A DNA stretch of 64,000 nt from Guillardia theta CCMP2712 (Eukaryota > Protista > Cryptophyta). Below the pieces are notes generated by a model. It was given only the letters and a program-made list of their open reading frames with translations, was not told the origin of the DNA and did no database searches. Below are positions 1-12,751 of the stretch, piece by piece. The stretch lies in contig NW_005434655.1 of NCBI RefSeq assembly GCF_000315625.1, positions 314,093 through 378,092 of the forward strand, written 5' to 3'. Every line of letters begins with the position of its first letter. Position 1 is the first letter of the stretch. Made by a program: the position numbers and the translations under genes.

Positions 1-2004
1 GCCAGAGCACATGCCATGGAAGATGGAGAATGGGGTTGGCTGGAATGACTTGCGAGAAGAGGTAAGGAAGTAGCTCGCGATGCCTGTGGTGGTCTGATAC
101 AAGTGAACGAGTGGCTGCTGATGAATGTGTTGGATGTGTTGCAAGCATCAAGTGTCCTCAGATCATTCCATGTGTGTCGTTTGGCTATGAGCTTGTCCTC
201 AACGATCATGTCAGGAGGCCGAGAGCATCTCCAGCGGAGCTGGGAGGAGTGAGGAGCGGAACGGGCAGAGCGTGAGTATCTGATAAGAAGAGAGCTCTTA
301 GTAGCGATCCTCCTGAAGCTGGTTGGACCGTCAGATCGCGGACTTCAGCTCGGAGGGCAGCGCGAAAGAGAATGTCGAGTTTTCCCACCGCAACGACGAT
401 CTCAACAAGGATATCGGCAGCGGTATTATCCACAAGGATACAGTCGAGGGCAGCCTTGATCAGTACGTGTGATTCAGCTTGTTATCTTACAAGCTTACTT
501 CTCTTCCGCCTCCTCCCTTCCTCGTTCTTCACTCCCTTCTCCTGGTCCTCCCTTTTCTACTCCTCAACCTCCCCCTCAACCTCCTCCTCAACCTCCTCCT
601 GCTTCTGCTCCATTTTCGTCTCGCTCCTCTTTGAATCCCTCTCTTCCCTTCTGTTGGTATCAGCAGATTACTAGCGAGACATACGAACATGGACTCAGGT
701 TCCCTTTCACCATCCCCCTCTTCTTCTGATTTGTTTCGATCGCCCCACAGGATCCAGCGTGTGGAAGGTGACGGAGTGGAAGGTGAGTAGCCGAGGAAGG
801 GTGTGGTTGAGGATGACCATCGGGGCAGGAGGAGAAGAAGGACAAAGAAACGAGAAACAAGACTGAGGAGGAGAAGGAGGGCGATGAGAAGCTCAACAAT
901 GCCAAGCGATCGTTGGAGTTTGACTCTATAGAGTAAGTCAGCAGCTCCTGACCATTCTCCTCCTTATCCTCCCCTGTCTTCGTCTCTCTCGCTCCATGAA
1001 ATTCAGCCCTTCTCCCTCCCTCCCTCCCTCCCTCCCTCCACACACACACACACACACACACACACAACCAGCTCCCTCACGCTGGATCTCAGGGGCATCT
1101 TCAGCTTGCAGCGCAAACATTCCATCGGGCCCGAGGCACAAACTTGTCGCAAACTCGCGGGCACTGACGGGCAGGCAGGTCGTCGAGGAGCGCCTGCAGC
1201 TCGAACTTACCCCCTCCAATCCTGAGAGCAAGGATTCCTCGCAGGAAGGAACAAAAAGCCCTCCTGCCCAGCAGCAGCCCCAGCCGCAGTCCCAATCCCA
1301 GTCTCCTCCCATTCAGTACCTGGCGTTCGATGCCTTGAGGGATGATGGAGCAGGCGGCAGGAAACCTTCGATCGTCCTGATCAGCGAGACGGTTCTCTGC
1401 TGCTGCTCCACGCCTTCGTCCTCTCCTCACTTGCCACTTTCACGTACCCTCTGCGCTCCTCTTCCTTCCTCCCGCGCATTTCTCCTCCATTCTTTCCTCT
1501 TCCTACTTCACTCCCGGTCCTCCTCATTCTTCTCACTCTCCTCATCCTTCAGGCTCCGAGGCGACTGTCTGCCATCAAGGCAGACCTGCAGTCTCGTGCT
1601 GGTGTGCCCAGCCCCCGCAACGTCCCCAGCGTCAGATCGAGCTGGGGGAGTTCAACTCCGCGGGGTTCAGCCAGCTTTCGCCCCCTTCCCGAGCTGCCCT
1701 CCAGCTCGGAACCCTTGACGCCCAGGTAAGGGAGGATCGTCAGAGGTCAGCTGGACTTGAGCTCGGAGCCAGGGGGCTGTACTCGCAGGGAGGAACACAC
1801 GTGGAGCACCCGATGAAGCGCGAAGAAGACGGAGGACGATCGTACCAGCTGCCGTCCTCTAATGTCGTGCTGCAGGTGCGATGCTGAGGAGGGAGGGAGG
1901 GAGAGGGAAGCGATTGAGGAGTTGGATGGAGGTCCATGGAAAAGGGAGGAAGGGAAGGGGCACGACAAGGGGATGTCCGAGAAAAAGATGACAGGGAGAG
2001 CAGG

Positions 2005-2084
<80 letters not shown>

Positions 2085-2203
2085 CAGCAAGAGCAGCAGC
2101 AAGGGGGTCGGGGTGTTGACATCGTTCCCAGGCGCTGTTTGAAAAGAAGGCTCAAGCTGCTGGAACCGTGAGATACGACCCTGACACGATGGAGCCGATC
2201 TGA
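1..2203 (+). CDS. 3' part of a multi-exon hypothetical protein (5' end lies outside the window)
   Basis: GT..AG-bounded coding-like blocks (e.g. ...KLVANSRALTGRQVVEERLQLELTPS..., last exon ALFEKKAQAAGTVRYDPDTMEPI*) separated by microsatellite-filled introns. No recognisable domain. Confidence 0.45.
2009..2084. repeat. (GCAGGA)n intronic microsatellite; related tracts at ~2455-2520, 3580-3682 and 4585-4735
   Basis: Direct reading of the sequence. Confidence 0.95.
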
Positions 2204-2314
2204 CGAGCTGAGATGTGACGGTGTCAAACGATTCACAATACATTCACAAGGGTCTAGTGTACAGGAGGGGGTGGGGGATCACTGCTAAGGTCCTGCTGGA
2301 GCCCAGCTGGGCTG

Positions 2315-3576
2315 TCACAGGAAGAAGTCCTGTCTCAGCTTGTTCTTGCTGTCGCTGCGCCTGGTGGGGGCAGAGCTGAAGACGTTGAAGTGAAAGTCAA
2401 GCGCCTCGTCGACCTCGAGGATCGACGCCAAGTTGCCGCACCTGCCACAAGATGAGGAGCAGGAGCAGGAGCAGGAGAAGGAGCAGGGGCAGGGGCAGGG
2501 GCAGGGGCAGGGGCAGGGAGGAAGGAGAGTGACTATAAGAGAACGGAGGTAGATGAAGAGGTTTGCGAGGAGGTGGCAGCAAGGCAGAAGACCTGTAGCA
2601 GTAGTTGGGCGCTGACCAAACGGTTGACAGCAAGTTGTCAAACATGACCTGCAAGAAGAGAAGAGTCAGCTCGGTTGCGAAAGAGAAGCGCAGGAGTAAC
2701 TGATGTTGGTTGAGACGGAAGAACGTCAGAGCAGAAGCATGGATAAAGAGAGGAGGAGGAGGAGGAGGAGGAGGAGGAGGGCGAGGTGGTGGAGCAGCAC
2801 CAGCAGCAGCGGAGGGGAGGAAGAGGGGGGGAGGTTACGGGTCGTCGTTGTCACCTGGTAGCCTTCCATGCAGAGTTGGTGAGCTCGGAGAACGTGAATG
2901 AGGCCGTTCTCCTGCAGGAATTGCTGCACGACATCGGCGCCGAAGGTGTAGCCTGCTCCTCTTGTGGACTAGTAGAGGGAGTCAGGAGAGGGGAGAGGAT
3001 AGCGGGAGGGATGGAGAAGAAGAGGATCAGGGAAGAAGAAGGGAGGAGAGAAGGACGGCAGGAACGGAAAAGGGAGGAAGGAAAAAGGAGGGAAAGAAAG
3101 GAATAGGGATGGAAGACACGGAAGGAAAAGGACGAACGGAAAGGAGGGGAGGCAACCGGGTTGAAGCCTTCACGATTCGGGTCTGGGTCTGAAATTTTCC
3201 CATTAACGTTCGTCAAGCAAGCGTTGGGCATCCTCGTCACCTGACCAGAGCAGATCTGCCGCTGCGCCGTCACTGGGGATCTGAGGGCAAGGAGTAGCTT
3301 CAGTCGGCGAGCAGGCGCCGAGTGAGGGGGATGACGGGCAAGCAGAGGGATCGAAGAGCGGAAGATGTAAGAACAAGAGAAAAGGAAGGGAGGGGAAGAG
3401 GAGAGGAGGGAGGAGAGGAGAGGAGAGAGAGAGGGGAGTGGATATTCTAATTTCGACCTCCTGAAACCTGTCGATGAGTGATATTTGTTCGATCGTCCAC
3501 ACGGACGGGGAAAGGCCTGGTGTTAGTGAAAGGTCAAGAAAGTAGGAGAACGAGAAGTAGGATAAAAATTCGAGCG

Positions 3577-3632
<56 letters not shown>

Positions 3633-3639
3633 CAGCAGG

Positions 3640-3682
<43 letters not shown>

Positions 3683-4685
3683 AGAGGTACCTCCATGCAC
3701 ACAGAATATGGACTCGTCGATGACAGCAGCGAGGGGCAGAAAGTCGAAGAGGTCGGTGAAATGTTTCCTGCCCCGACGACCCATCAGACACCCCCACCTC
3801 AACCCCTCCTGATCTTCTTCTCACCAGACCGCCGCGTCCCCGTACTTCCTGACGCACTCCGAGTAGAACCCGTAGACCTGAACGACCGTCTCAGAAGCTC
3901 TGGGGCTCCAGAGCTCGAGTTGATCGCCCAGCAGCTCCCCTCCTCCCTCCCCACGTCACCTGGGTGATCTGCCGCGACTCGTGGTTGCCTCGAATGAGCT
4001 TGATCCTCCCTGCACGCCTCGTCACTCCCCGCACGTCGGACACCTTGACCTCACGAGGGTATCGCACAGAGAGGCATGCAAGCAGGGAGATCGTCTCCAC
4101 GCTGTGGCTGCGCTGCTGTCTCAGTCCCACACCAGCCCTCCCCCGCCCGACGTTCCTTCCTCTGTCCACAAAGTCTCCCAGGAACAAGTAGTTGGTGCTG
4201 GGACAGAATCCGCCGACTCGGAACAAGTCCAGGAGGTCCTGAGTCGCAGCCAGTGAGGGAGGAAAGAAGTCAGAGCAGCAGGACATGGAACTGTCCATGG
4301 ATGTCGCCGACAACTGTGACAGGCGCTCGTATGCTACACACTGCCAGCAACGAGTTTGAAAGGAGGGACCGCAAAAACGGCATGCGCACCGTTGGGCTCG
4401 TTCAAGAGGATTTCTTTCAACTGCAGGCAGACGTCCGCAACTTCTTCTTCCTTGAGCAGTTCAAGCCTGAAGTCACATAGTCATCGTCACCCTTCTATCC
4501 TCCTACTTCCACTAGACAACTGTTGTGGCTGACTCTGTAAACGACCGTGAAAGTCAGGAGTTCATGAACGCCTGCTTCTGCTTCTGCTCCTGCTCCTGCC
4601 CCTGCCCCTGCCCCTGCCCCTGCCCCTGCCCCTGCCCCTGCCCCTGCCCCTGCTCCTGCTCCTCGCTCCTCGCTCCTCGCTCCTC

Positions 4686-4737
<52 letters not shown>

Positions 4738-4777
4738 ACTTCACTTACCGCATGCATCGCTCGATGCGAGCATCCAT
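2315..4777 (-). CDS. PPG1: Ser/Thr protein phosphatase, PP2A family, PPG1-like (multi-exon)
   Basis: Spliced exons give [135 protein letters not shown] and LSTVWSAP match the PPG1 subtype. Confidence 0.92.
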
Positions 4778-4869
4778 AGCCTAGCCCCTCATCCCCCCCT
4801 CACTTTCATCCCCCTCATTTCCTGATGATACAGGGAGTCGTGGGAATGTAAATTCTGATCATCATTCAT

Positions 4870-6300
4870 CGCGAGAAACAACATCAGTTTCAAGATGAAA
4901 GCCTTGTGCTTTTTCGAAATTCTCTCAAAACCATTTCCTCAACCATGTCGGATGTTTCGAGTTCACTTTATTCAACAATGAATCTTCAAAGGATGCCATG
5001 GAAAAACGTTGAACTGCCAGTGAGCCGGGAAAATTGTCAATGATCACCGGGGTGACCGATAAAGAATAAAAGGACTTGCGTTTGTGAGGGACGAGCATCT
5101 TGCTCAAAAGAATGAATGGTCTGACTCTGATGACCGTATGTCTCAGTAAAGTAACTTCCATTCAGCGTACAGCTTCTGTTGCAGGTGGAACTGCACATTG
5201 AACGACAATGGTCAGGCCCTGAGGAAGAGTGCAACGCGTGACAAGTTCAGCCTTACCTTGGCTAGGAGCTTCTTTTCATCTTTGAGTATCTGTGCTGGCT
5301 GCTTGCCGTCCTCGATGTCCCTCCTGATCATTCTACGAACCTCAAGTTTCGAGGGCCTCTGAGGGGGGCCCTTCTCAGCCAACCTGCTGAAGCCCTTGGG
5401 GAACGGGTGCAGCCTGATCTTTTGTTTGAGCACGTTCCGTTTCATCTGCAGCATCTGCGTGTCGTCGTAGCTGTGAGATAGCAGAGCAACCTGTCCAGGT
5501 TTCCATGAGCCCAAGCAAAAGGTGACACAAGAAGGAACCTTGGCCTTCAGATCCAGCCTTGCTCTCATCTTACCCTCTTCGGCTCGCCTCTGCATTTCCT
5601 GTACGTAAGGGCGAGTGAGGATAAGAAATGGAGAGCGAGAAATCTAGCGTTTTCACCGGTAAATTCCTTCTTCCTGTCTGTGTGATATCCTCTACGGAAG
5701 GAGAGTCCGGGTCATCCGAGGGGTTGTAAAGTTTCCCCAGCGGAATCTTCAGTTGTGATGAGGATTTCTCTTCTTGCTCTCCAACCTTTCAGAACAAAGA
5801 ATCACAGCGAACCAGACTGTGCCTCGTGGAGCATACCTTGGGCATTTTCTGCAGAACTCTCTCCATATTTTGTTCCAGTGTCGCGTGTTTATGATCAAAG
5901 CCATCAAGTTGGTAATGATTGTCATACGCATTCCCGCTCCTTCCTAGCAGTGCATTCGAGTATGCCACAGTATTGTTGCGATGATGGGAAAAGACGACGA
6001 CTGCTATACATGCGGCTATCGTACATATGAGAGAAATTGCATGTCTGTTGGGAGGCAGGGAAGCATTCTCAGAACATTAGACATCACACAAAGACCACAG
6101 ACCTGCGGCAGAATTGGACTTCTTCCTGTGCTTTGCTGTCTCGCAAGATGATCCTGAAACGAGTGAACTGATCTCCTGTACACTCATGTATGCAATCTGG
6201 CATCTGCACAGAAGGATGGTTAGTTGCAGGTTGGCTGGACGTCTCTCTCCCTTCCATCAACTGTGTTGCTCTTCCCTCGTCTCCTCTTCTCCCTCCGCCT
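4870..6300 (-). CDS. Multi-exon hypothetical protein
   Basis: Short GT-AG introns join exons such as SGNAYDNHYQLDGFDHKHATLEQNMERVLQKMPK, VGEQEEKSSSQLKIPLGKLY and VALLSHSYDDTQMLQMKRNVLKQKIRLHPFPK. Ends uncertain. Confidence 0.4.
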
Positions 6301-6429
6301 CCTCTTTTTACCTCCTTCCAGCGCGCCCGCGTCATTTTCCGTACTGCATAGAGGGAGGAGGTCAATCTGACAACTACCCCACCCTCCACTGAATTTTCAC
6401 CAGAATCATAATCACCCCGTGTCAAAATG

Positions 6430-7450
6430 AGGTACCCCCTTTTATTACCTAATAATATCCCCTATCTTTAGCAACCCAAGACCACCCTATTCTCACATTA
6501 CCCCACCTGGATCACCCCACCCTTGTAGTTCCCACTCTCTATTCTTGGCTGACAACTCTAGTCATATCAATCTTTGTTGAGCTTTTCATTTATAAATTTA
6601 TAGAGAGTACCCTACCCCTCATTTGGTCCATCGCAAAAGTGTACCTCCACCCTTCCTTACAGTACCCCCACCCTGATAAAAACACTCAAATGGAGGGGAG
6701 TCTTCTGCTTCTCCACCCACCCCAGGAGGACAAGTGGTGTCACCCACTAGAAGTGAGATCCCCTACCCCTCCCAACAACAGTCTTAACCACCCCTCCCTA
6801 CAACTTTTTCGCCGCCTCAGAAGGAACCCCATTGAATGTTACAGGACTCAGCGGCTCAACCCTACCCCACCCCCTCTCAAGTACCCTCACTGTAGCATTT
6901 CACTAGCACCCCACCCCCTTAAAACACCCACCCTAGGAATTGTTGGGGGTATCACAACCCCCAAGGGAGAGGATCACCCCCCTTCTCCCAGGCCCAACAC
7001 TGGTACATTCATGGTATCCCTATTTCACTCTGACTCTAACATATAAAACCGTGTACCTTTAGATAATGACACAAAGTACTAGCATCTTTCACCCGACCCT
7101 TTTCATCCTACCCCCTCGAATAAGGTTGAGTCATCTACCTCTCGCATCCCTTGGGTTCATTAGGAGGTAACCCAGCCCTCCACCCCTTGATGATATGAGA
7201 AAAGCAGGGGTAGTCATCCTCTCAACTGGACCCTCTACCCTAGCCGTTGGGAGCCGCCGGGCTCCGGGTCCCATCCAAGTTGTACCGGCATTTTTAAAAT
7301 GGAAATATGAGATGTCACTAAACCAGGGTGGATACCCCATGACACCGCAGCCCATTATTTTGCTCTAAAAAGTAGGGGTACTGAGACCACCCCACCCACA
7401 AATGATTTGATTTGAAAAGTTGGCGATTGAACACCCCAGCGGGCGGTTCC
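6430..7450. promoter_or_regulatory. ~1 kb TACCCC/CACCCC-rich intergenic island between divergent genes
   Basis: More than 10 TACCC(C)/GGGGTA motifs with strong C bias on the + strand. No coherent ORF. Confidence 0.4.
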
Positions 7451-7749
7451 CCGTTTCAGAATTGGTTCCGAAAAAGTGTTACAATTTGAAATGTTTCATA
7501 TTCTTAAATACTTTTTTCAGGTGATTTTTGGACCTGCTTTTTTAAATTTGCTTGACGTGTTGAAGGATGCAAGCCACCATCGACAGGAACGATTTCAAAG
7601 ACATCGCGGCAATGGCCTACTTTGCTGATAGCAGGACGAACGGAAGAGGGAGAGGAGGGGGAGGAGGAGCGAGTGACAGAGGGATCAGAGGATAAAGGGC
7701 AAAGAGATGATGGGGAAGCTCGCTGGTCAGTCTGATAGCGAGAAGAACT

Positions 7750-9104
7750 CCTCGCTCGAGCTATTTTTTGATATGAAACCTCATAGTGCGAATCGATGGC
7801 CCTGACAAGGGACAAATGTCCCTGACCAGCAGTTTCCGTGATGTGACCGAGTGAGCATGAAGCGCTGATGTGCAGTGTCTCTCGAGTGCTAATTGACGCA
7901 GGGATGAGAAGATGTCAATGTTCTCGTTTTCAAACGTTGCACCTGAAATTTAGATTTCGAAGCAAATGATATCACAGGTCATAGCTGGTTGAATGGAATT
8001 AGGAAAGAACGAAATCGGAGAGGCTGTGGAAAAGCAGAGGCTTGTAGAAAGATGGTCATAAAGGATGACATAATTAGCAACTACACTCACTCGAGAACTC
8101 GAAACTCTTACAAAAGGAATTACCCGTGATCTGCAAACTTCGACAGTGAGATTGTTCTGGCAGATTAGCAATGGGCAACGAACAGAGTGTGGTTCCAGGG
8201 ATTGATATGTGCTGTGCCAAGCGATCATCAGCCAAACAAAGTGTAAGCTAGCATGCCTTGACGACTGCTGGATTCGTGATCGTTGTACTGGGCAGGACCG
8301 AAGAGAGCAGGTGGATGAAGGGGACTTGCTAGTTAGAAGTAAACCCGAGAAGCGTATCCTCTCCAGGTGAAGAACAACTCTTCTCTCGTCAGTATCTCAC
8401 AAGTTGTATGGCCAGCTGGGAATCCGGAAACGCGAATGGCGATGGTATGTACATACTCAAACTTGATTAGTTTATAGATTTGCCTTGTTTTTGACGTGGA
8501 GATGCATTTGCACCCGATGGCTGATACGTTTTTGCTTTTTGTAGGTTCGAAAGCTACCAGTAGCGACAATGTACTGATATACTGATCATGTTTCCGTGTA
8601 AATTGCCTTCACGTTCAGATAACTCCCGAGAAAGTTGGGATCGGAGCGTACTTCCAGAAATCTCCGGATGAACCAGGGTGTTTGGCTGTGAAGGTAGTCT
8701 TCCTTTTCTCTATATTACTCCTCATGACATTATGTTCTTGTAGTCGCTTGTCGATGGACCAGCCAAGAAGTGTGGAAAGATCAAGACCGGAGATATTATT
8801 GTCGCTGTCGACGGATACAACGTTTACGGGAAGAAATTGGCGGAGGTGATTCTATTTGAGAGGGAGTTATGGCAAGGCTAATCACTTCTCGTCAGCTGGC
8901 AGAGCATCTGCTTGGTCCTAAGGGAACCGAAGTCTCTCTTGTGAGCAAACAATTTCTCGCAGCGGCATGCTGACGATGCGCAGACTTTCAAGAGCAAGAG
9001 TCAGTCTACACTCGACCAAGAATACACCGTGAAGCTCGTACGGGGGTAAGACACAGGGAGGAAGTTTGCCAGGGGAACTAAAGTTTAGGATGATCAGGCT
9101 CTGA
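7750..9104 (+). CDS. PDZ-domain protein (multi-exon; start uncertain)
   Basis: Exons at 8620-9045 give KVGIGAYFQKS..CLAVK/SLVDGPAKKCGKIKTGDIIVAVDG.NV/LAEHLLGPKGTEVSL/TFK..YTVKLVRG, a PDZ fold of the C-terminal-peptidase type. Confidence 0.7.
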
Positions 9105-9379
9105 TAAGTCTTCCTGGAGCTTGTTGAAACATTAACATCCTTCACTCACTGCGCTGTCAACTCGAATCGCGGGTTTGAACTCGATGCTACCATGCTGGTG
9201 ACATGGCGCTTCTATGTATCACTACAATGCTAAGGGCTTGTTGTTCCGTGCGATCTTTCCGCTTCTTCTCGTTCTCTTTGACTCTCTTGGTACTAAAAGG
9301 ATTTTCAAATTTCCTCTCAGCCCGTTACCCCCCTTGTTGATTCCGTCGACGCACTTGGCCGGTTCTGGAACAGCAGGAC

Positions 9380-10972
9380 TCATGAACGACTCGGCTCCTT
9401 CCCCCGGCCTCGCTCTCCCTGGAATGACAGCAGCAGCTCCGCCTTCCTCGTCCTGTGCGCCAGGCCCTTGAGCTCGTTGTCGGAGAACATGTGCTTGTGG
9501 ATCCTGGCGGCGCATGCAGGCAGGCGGGACCCGAAGCCCCACGACTTGCTGCGAGGAAGACAAGGAGGTCGCGGAGGGTTGGGAGGATTCTCCCCTGAGC
9601 TCTCGTCCACGTTGGTGGGGAGGAGGGAGAAGTGGTCTGGTTGAGCATGAGCTGGAGAGGCGACCGAAGTTGACATGACGCTGAGCGAGTGGAGGTTTCT
9701 GGAGCAAGCGCAGGGTCATTCGAAGTGAGAGGAAGGCGAGGGAGCGAGAAGAAGAAGGAGAGGGAAGTTGGAGGAAGAGAAGGAAGGGGCACACAGCGCC
9801 GGCTAGGAAAGTCGAGGGAGAGGGAGGAGCAACTTTCTCACCCGGCGGAGTTGTTGCGGATGGAGGAGGTGCCGAAGAGTTGGTTGAGATCCAGGTGGGT
9901 GTGCCGCTGCCTCGTCGTCTGCAATGGAGTCAGTGGAGCAAGGGAGTCAAGCAAAACTCCTACGATCGACAAACTCGCACGCCTGCCAGCACAGTCAGAG
10001 GAGGAACGAGAGATCGTGGGCGATAGAGAGGACTTGAAGGAGAGGAAGGAAGGAGGGCAGGAGAGGGACAGGGAGGTCACGTGGAGTGGACTAGGGAAGG
10101 AATAGCTTGTCATCGGCCTCACCTTCCCTGGTTGGTCGCATCCGCCAGCCCTCGAGGGATCGTTTGCTGGCTCCGCTCATGCGCCCTGAGTGCAAGGAGG
10201 CGGACGCACTGATCCAGGACGATCTCTAGCTGACTCTGAAGTCTGATCCTCTCGATGTTGGGCCAAGTCCTCCTCTCCGCCACAAGCATGAACCTGCTGC
10301 TCCCTCAGCGAAAATCCGTCTCCGCCTCCTCCTCCTCCCTCAGCCCATATGTCACCATCCTCCCTCCCTCTCCCTCTCTCCCTCCTCCTCCTTCCCCTTG
10401 ACTGTGCTCCTCCTTTTCCTCTCCTCCAGATCTTCTCACTTCTCCAGTGCCTCGGGCGTCGGGTTGGAAATCATCGTCGCATATCCCTGTCGCCCTATGA
10501 GCAACTGCAAGGGTGCAGGAAAGGAGAAGAAGGAGGAGGAGGAGGAAACAAAGAAGTAGAGGAAGAGGAGGAGGGAGGGAGGGAGATGGAGAACCTGTAG
10601 GGTGATTGGCGCGACGATGGTGACGTCACCGACGTACGTCTGGTTGAGGAGCGAGGAGAGGAAGCTCGGTGCTAGCCCAACATCGACCACCTGAGGACTG
10701 AGAATGAGGGTTGAACGAGGAGGAGGAGGAGGAGGAGGAGGAGGAGAACGCACGAAAGTAACGGGACGAGAAGAGGAGGAGAAGGGAAGCGAGGTAAACG
10801 TGTCTCTCCTGTTGGCAGCGATGGATAACTTCCGACTTGACGAAGTAGCCTGCAGCTGAACACATCCGACCTTGAAGGAGGAGACGGTCAGAAAAAGTGG
10901 GCACGGGGAGGGAGGAGAGGGGAATTTCCCTTCGGATTCAGGAAAAATCGCCCATCCTCCCTCTCTCAAAGA

Positions 10973-11005
<33 letters not shown>

Positions 11006-12751
11006 AGGAAGAAGAGGAGAAGGAATGAAGCTACTGCTCTAACTCGCTCTTTCTCTTGACGAGGCTGCTGGCTCACCAAGGATTCCTGGCTTGCTGGCGC
11101 AGTACCCGACCCTTGAAGGATTTCTCTGAAGATGCTGGACGAATGGAATCGCGTGCGGATTCGTCTGATAAAATCGGATAAGGACGAGGAGAGCATGGAA
11201 AGAGGAAGGAGGAAGAGGGAGGGGGGAAGAGGAAGGGAGGAGGAAGAAGGTGGAAAGGCAGGGAGAGCGAGGAAGACGGACGGAGGAAAAGGGGGGAAAG
11301 GAGGATGAGGGAGGGAGGGAGGGAGGGAAGGGGCGAGAGGAACCTGGGACACGATGACGTAGTTAACATTGAAGAGTTCTTTGAGGCGATTGATCGGCAG
11401 GTCTGACTGCAGGCTGCCGTCTGTCCATCGCACGCTCGAGATGTGATACGAGACTTGCTCCCCCTTGGCGTTCTTCGCTACCAGCTCGACCGACTCAAAG
11501 AGTCCTGGCAGTGCACAGGAAGCAGAGGCCGCGCTCCAGACCTGCGGCAAGGTGAGCAGAGCAGAGCAGAGCAGAGCAGAGCAGAGCAGAGCAGAGCAGA
11601 GCAGAGCAGTGCAGTGCAGTGCAGTGCAGTGCAGTGCGGTGAAGAGCAGAGCAGAGCAGAGCAGAGCCAAGGGAGTGAGGGAGTTTGAGAAGGGGGTAGA
11701 GGAGAAGAGAGGAAGATAGCGGGATTCTGCAAGAACAAGGAGAGGGCAACGGGGAGGGCAAAGGCGACGAGAGGAGGAAAAATGCAGGGAGAAGGAGGGG
11801 GAGGCGAGCGAGGGAACAACAAGAAGGGGAAGGTACCAGCACGTGAGGAGCGGTGAGGTAGTTGAGCAGGCGAGGATGCTCGAAGTTGTTCCCCGGGGAC
11901 ACCGAGATGTTGATGATCCTCCCGGTCCTCTCGAACGCCTCGGCGAACGTCAAGTCCCCGATGTCGTGTCGCAGCACCTCCTGCAGGTTCTCGACGTCCA
12001 TCAGCACCCCCTTGCTCAGTATCTTCCGCAGCCTCTCGCTCATGTTGCCCCTCCCAGCGAAGAAGTCCAGCCTTATCTCCCTCCTGATCAGCTCCATCCC
12101 CTCCCCAAACAGCTCCGCCAGCTCCTCCGACGTCCTGACCCCGATAATCGCGAGCACGATGGCTCCTGCCGAGCTTCCGGACATGACGCGAGGAAGGAGG
12201 CCCTGCATGAACAGCGCTCTCACTACCCCGAAGTGGTACATGCCCAGGCTCGCTCCCCCTGACAGCAGCAGCGCTGTCTTGCCGAGGGCATGGCGCGACT
12301 CCGTGAAGAAGTCGAGCTTCTCCTGCAGCGACAGCTCCTCTTCCTTGCACTCACAGATCCCCAGCATCATCCTCACCAGCTCCTCGTTGTGTCTCTCTAT
12401 CAGCCTCTTCGTCCCCACGTACGTCTGGTTGTAGAGTCCCTCGTTCCCCGTCCCGCCCAAGTTCCTCGTCAGCCCCGACCGCAGCCAGAACACGATACTC
12501 GAGTAGTCTGCCTTGGCCTCCAGCCTCAGCATCTCCGACAGCCGCTCCTGGATCAGCCGCGAGTCGTAGAGGGAGGAGGAGGGGTCTCGCTTCCAGGCCT
12601 CTGCCCCTTGCAGCTCATCCAGCTTCGTGGCTGCCGCCAGCCATTCCTCGTACGACTTGGCCTCCTCCAGCCTCTTGGTCCAACTGCCTATCGCGCTCTT
12701 CCGCTCCTGCTGCTCGCTTCTTCCCCTGCTCCATCTCACAAAGCTTCCCAT
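9380..12751 (-). CDS. SDP1: Patatin-like triacylglycerol lipase (SDP1/TGL4 family)
   Basis: N-terminal lipase-associated domain followed by [17 protein letters not shown], nucleophile [33 protein letters not shown] and [11 protein letters not shown]. Confidence 0.93.
11556..11667. repeat. (CAGAG)n/(CAGTG)n compound microsatellite in a lipase intron
   Basis: Direct reading of the sequence. Confidence 0.95.

Noticed and set aside
9925-9963. Fifth GA-donor candidate in the lipase 3' region (TAG|GAGTT)
   Set aside because: An adjacent canonical GTAGG donor gives the frame that joins the next exon.
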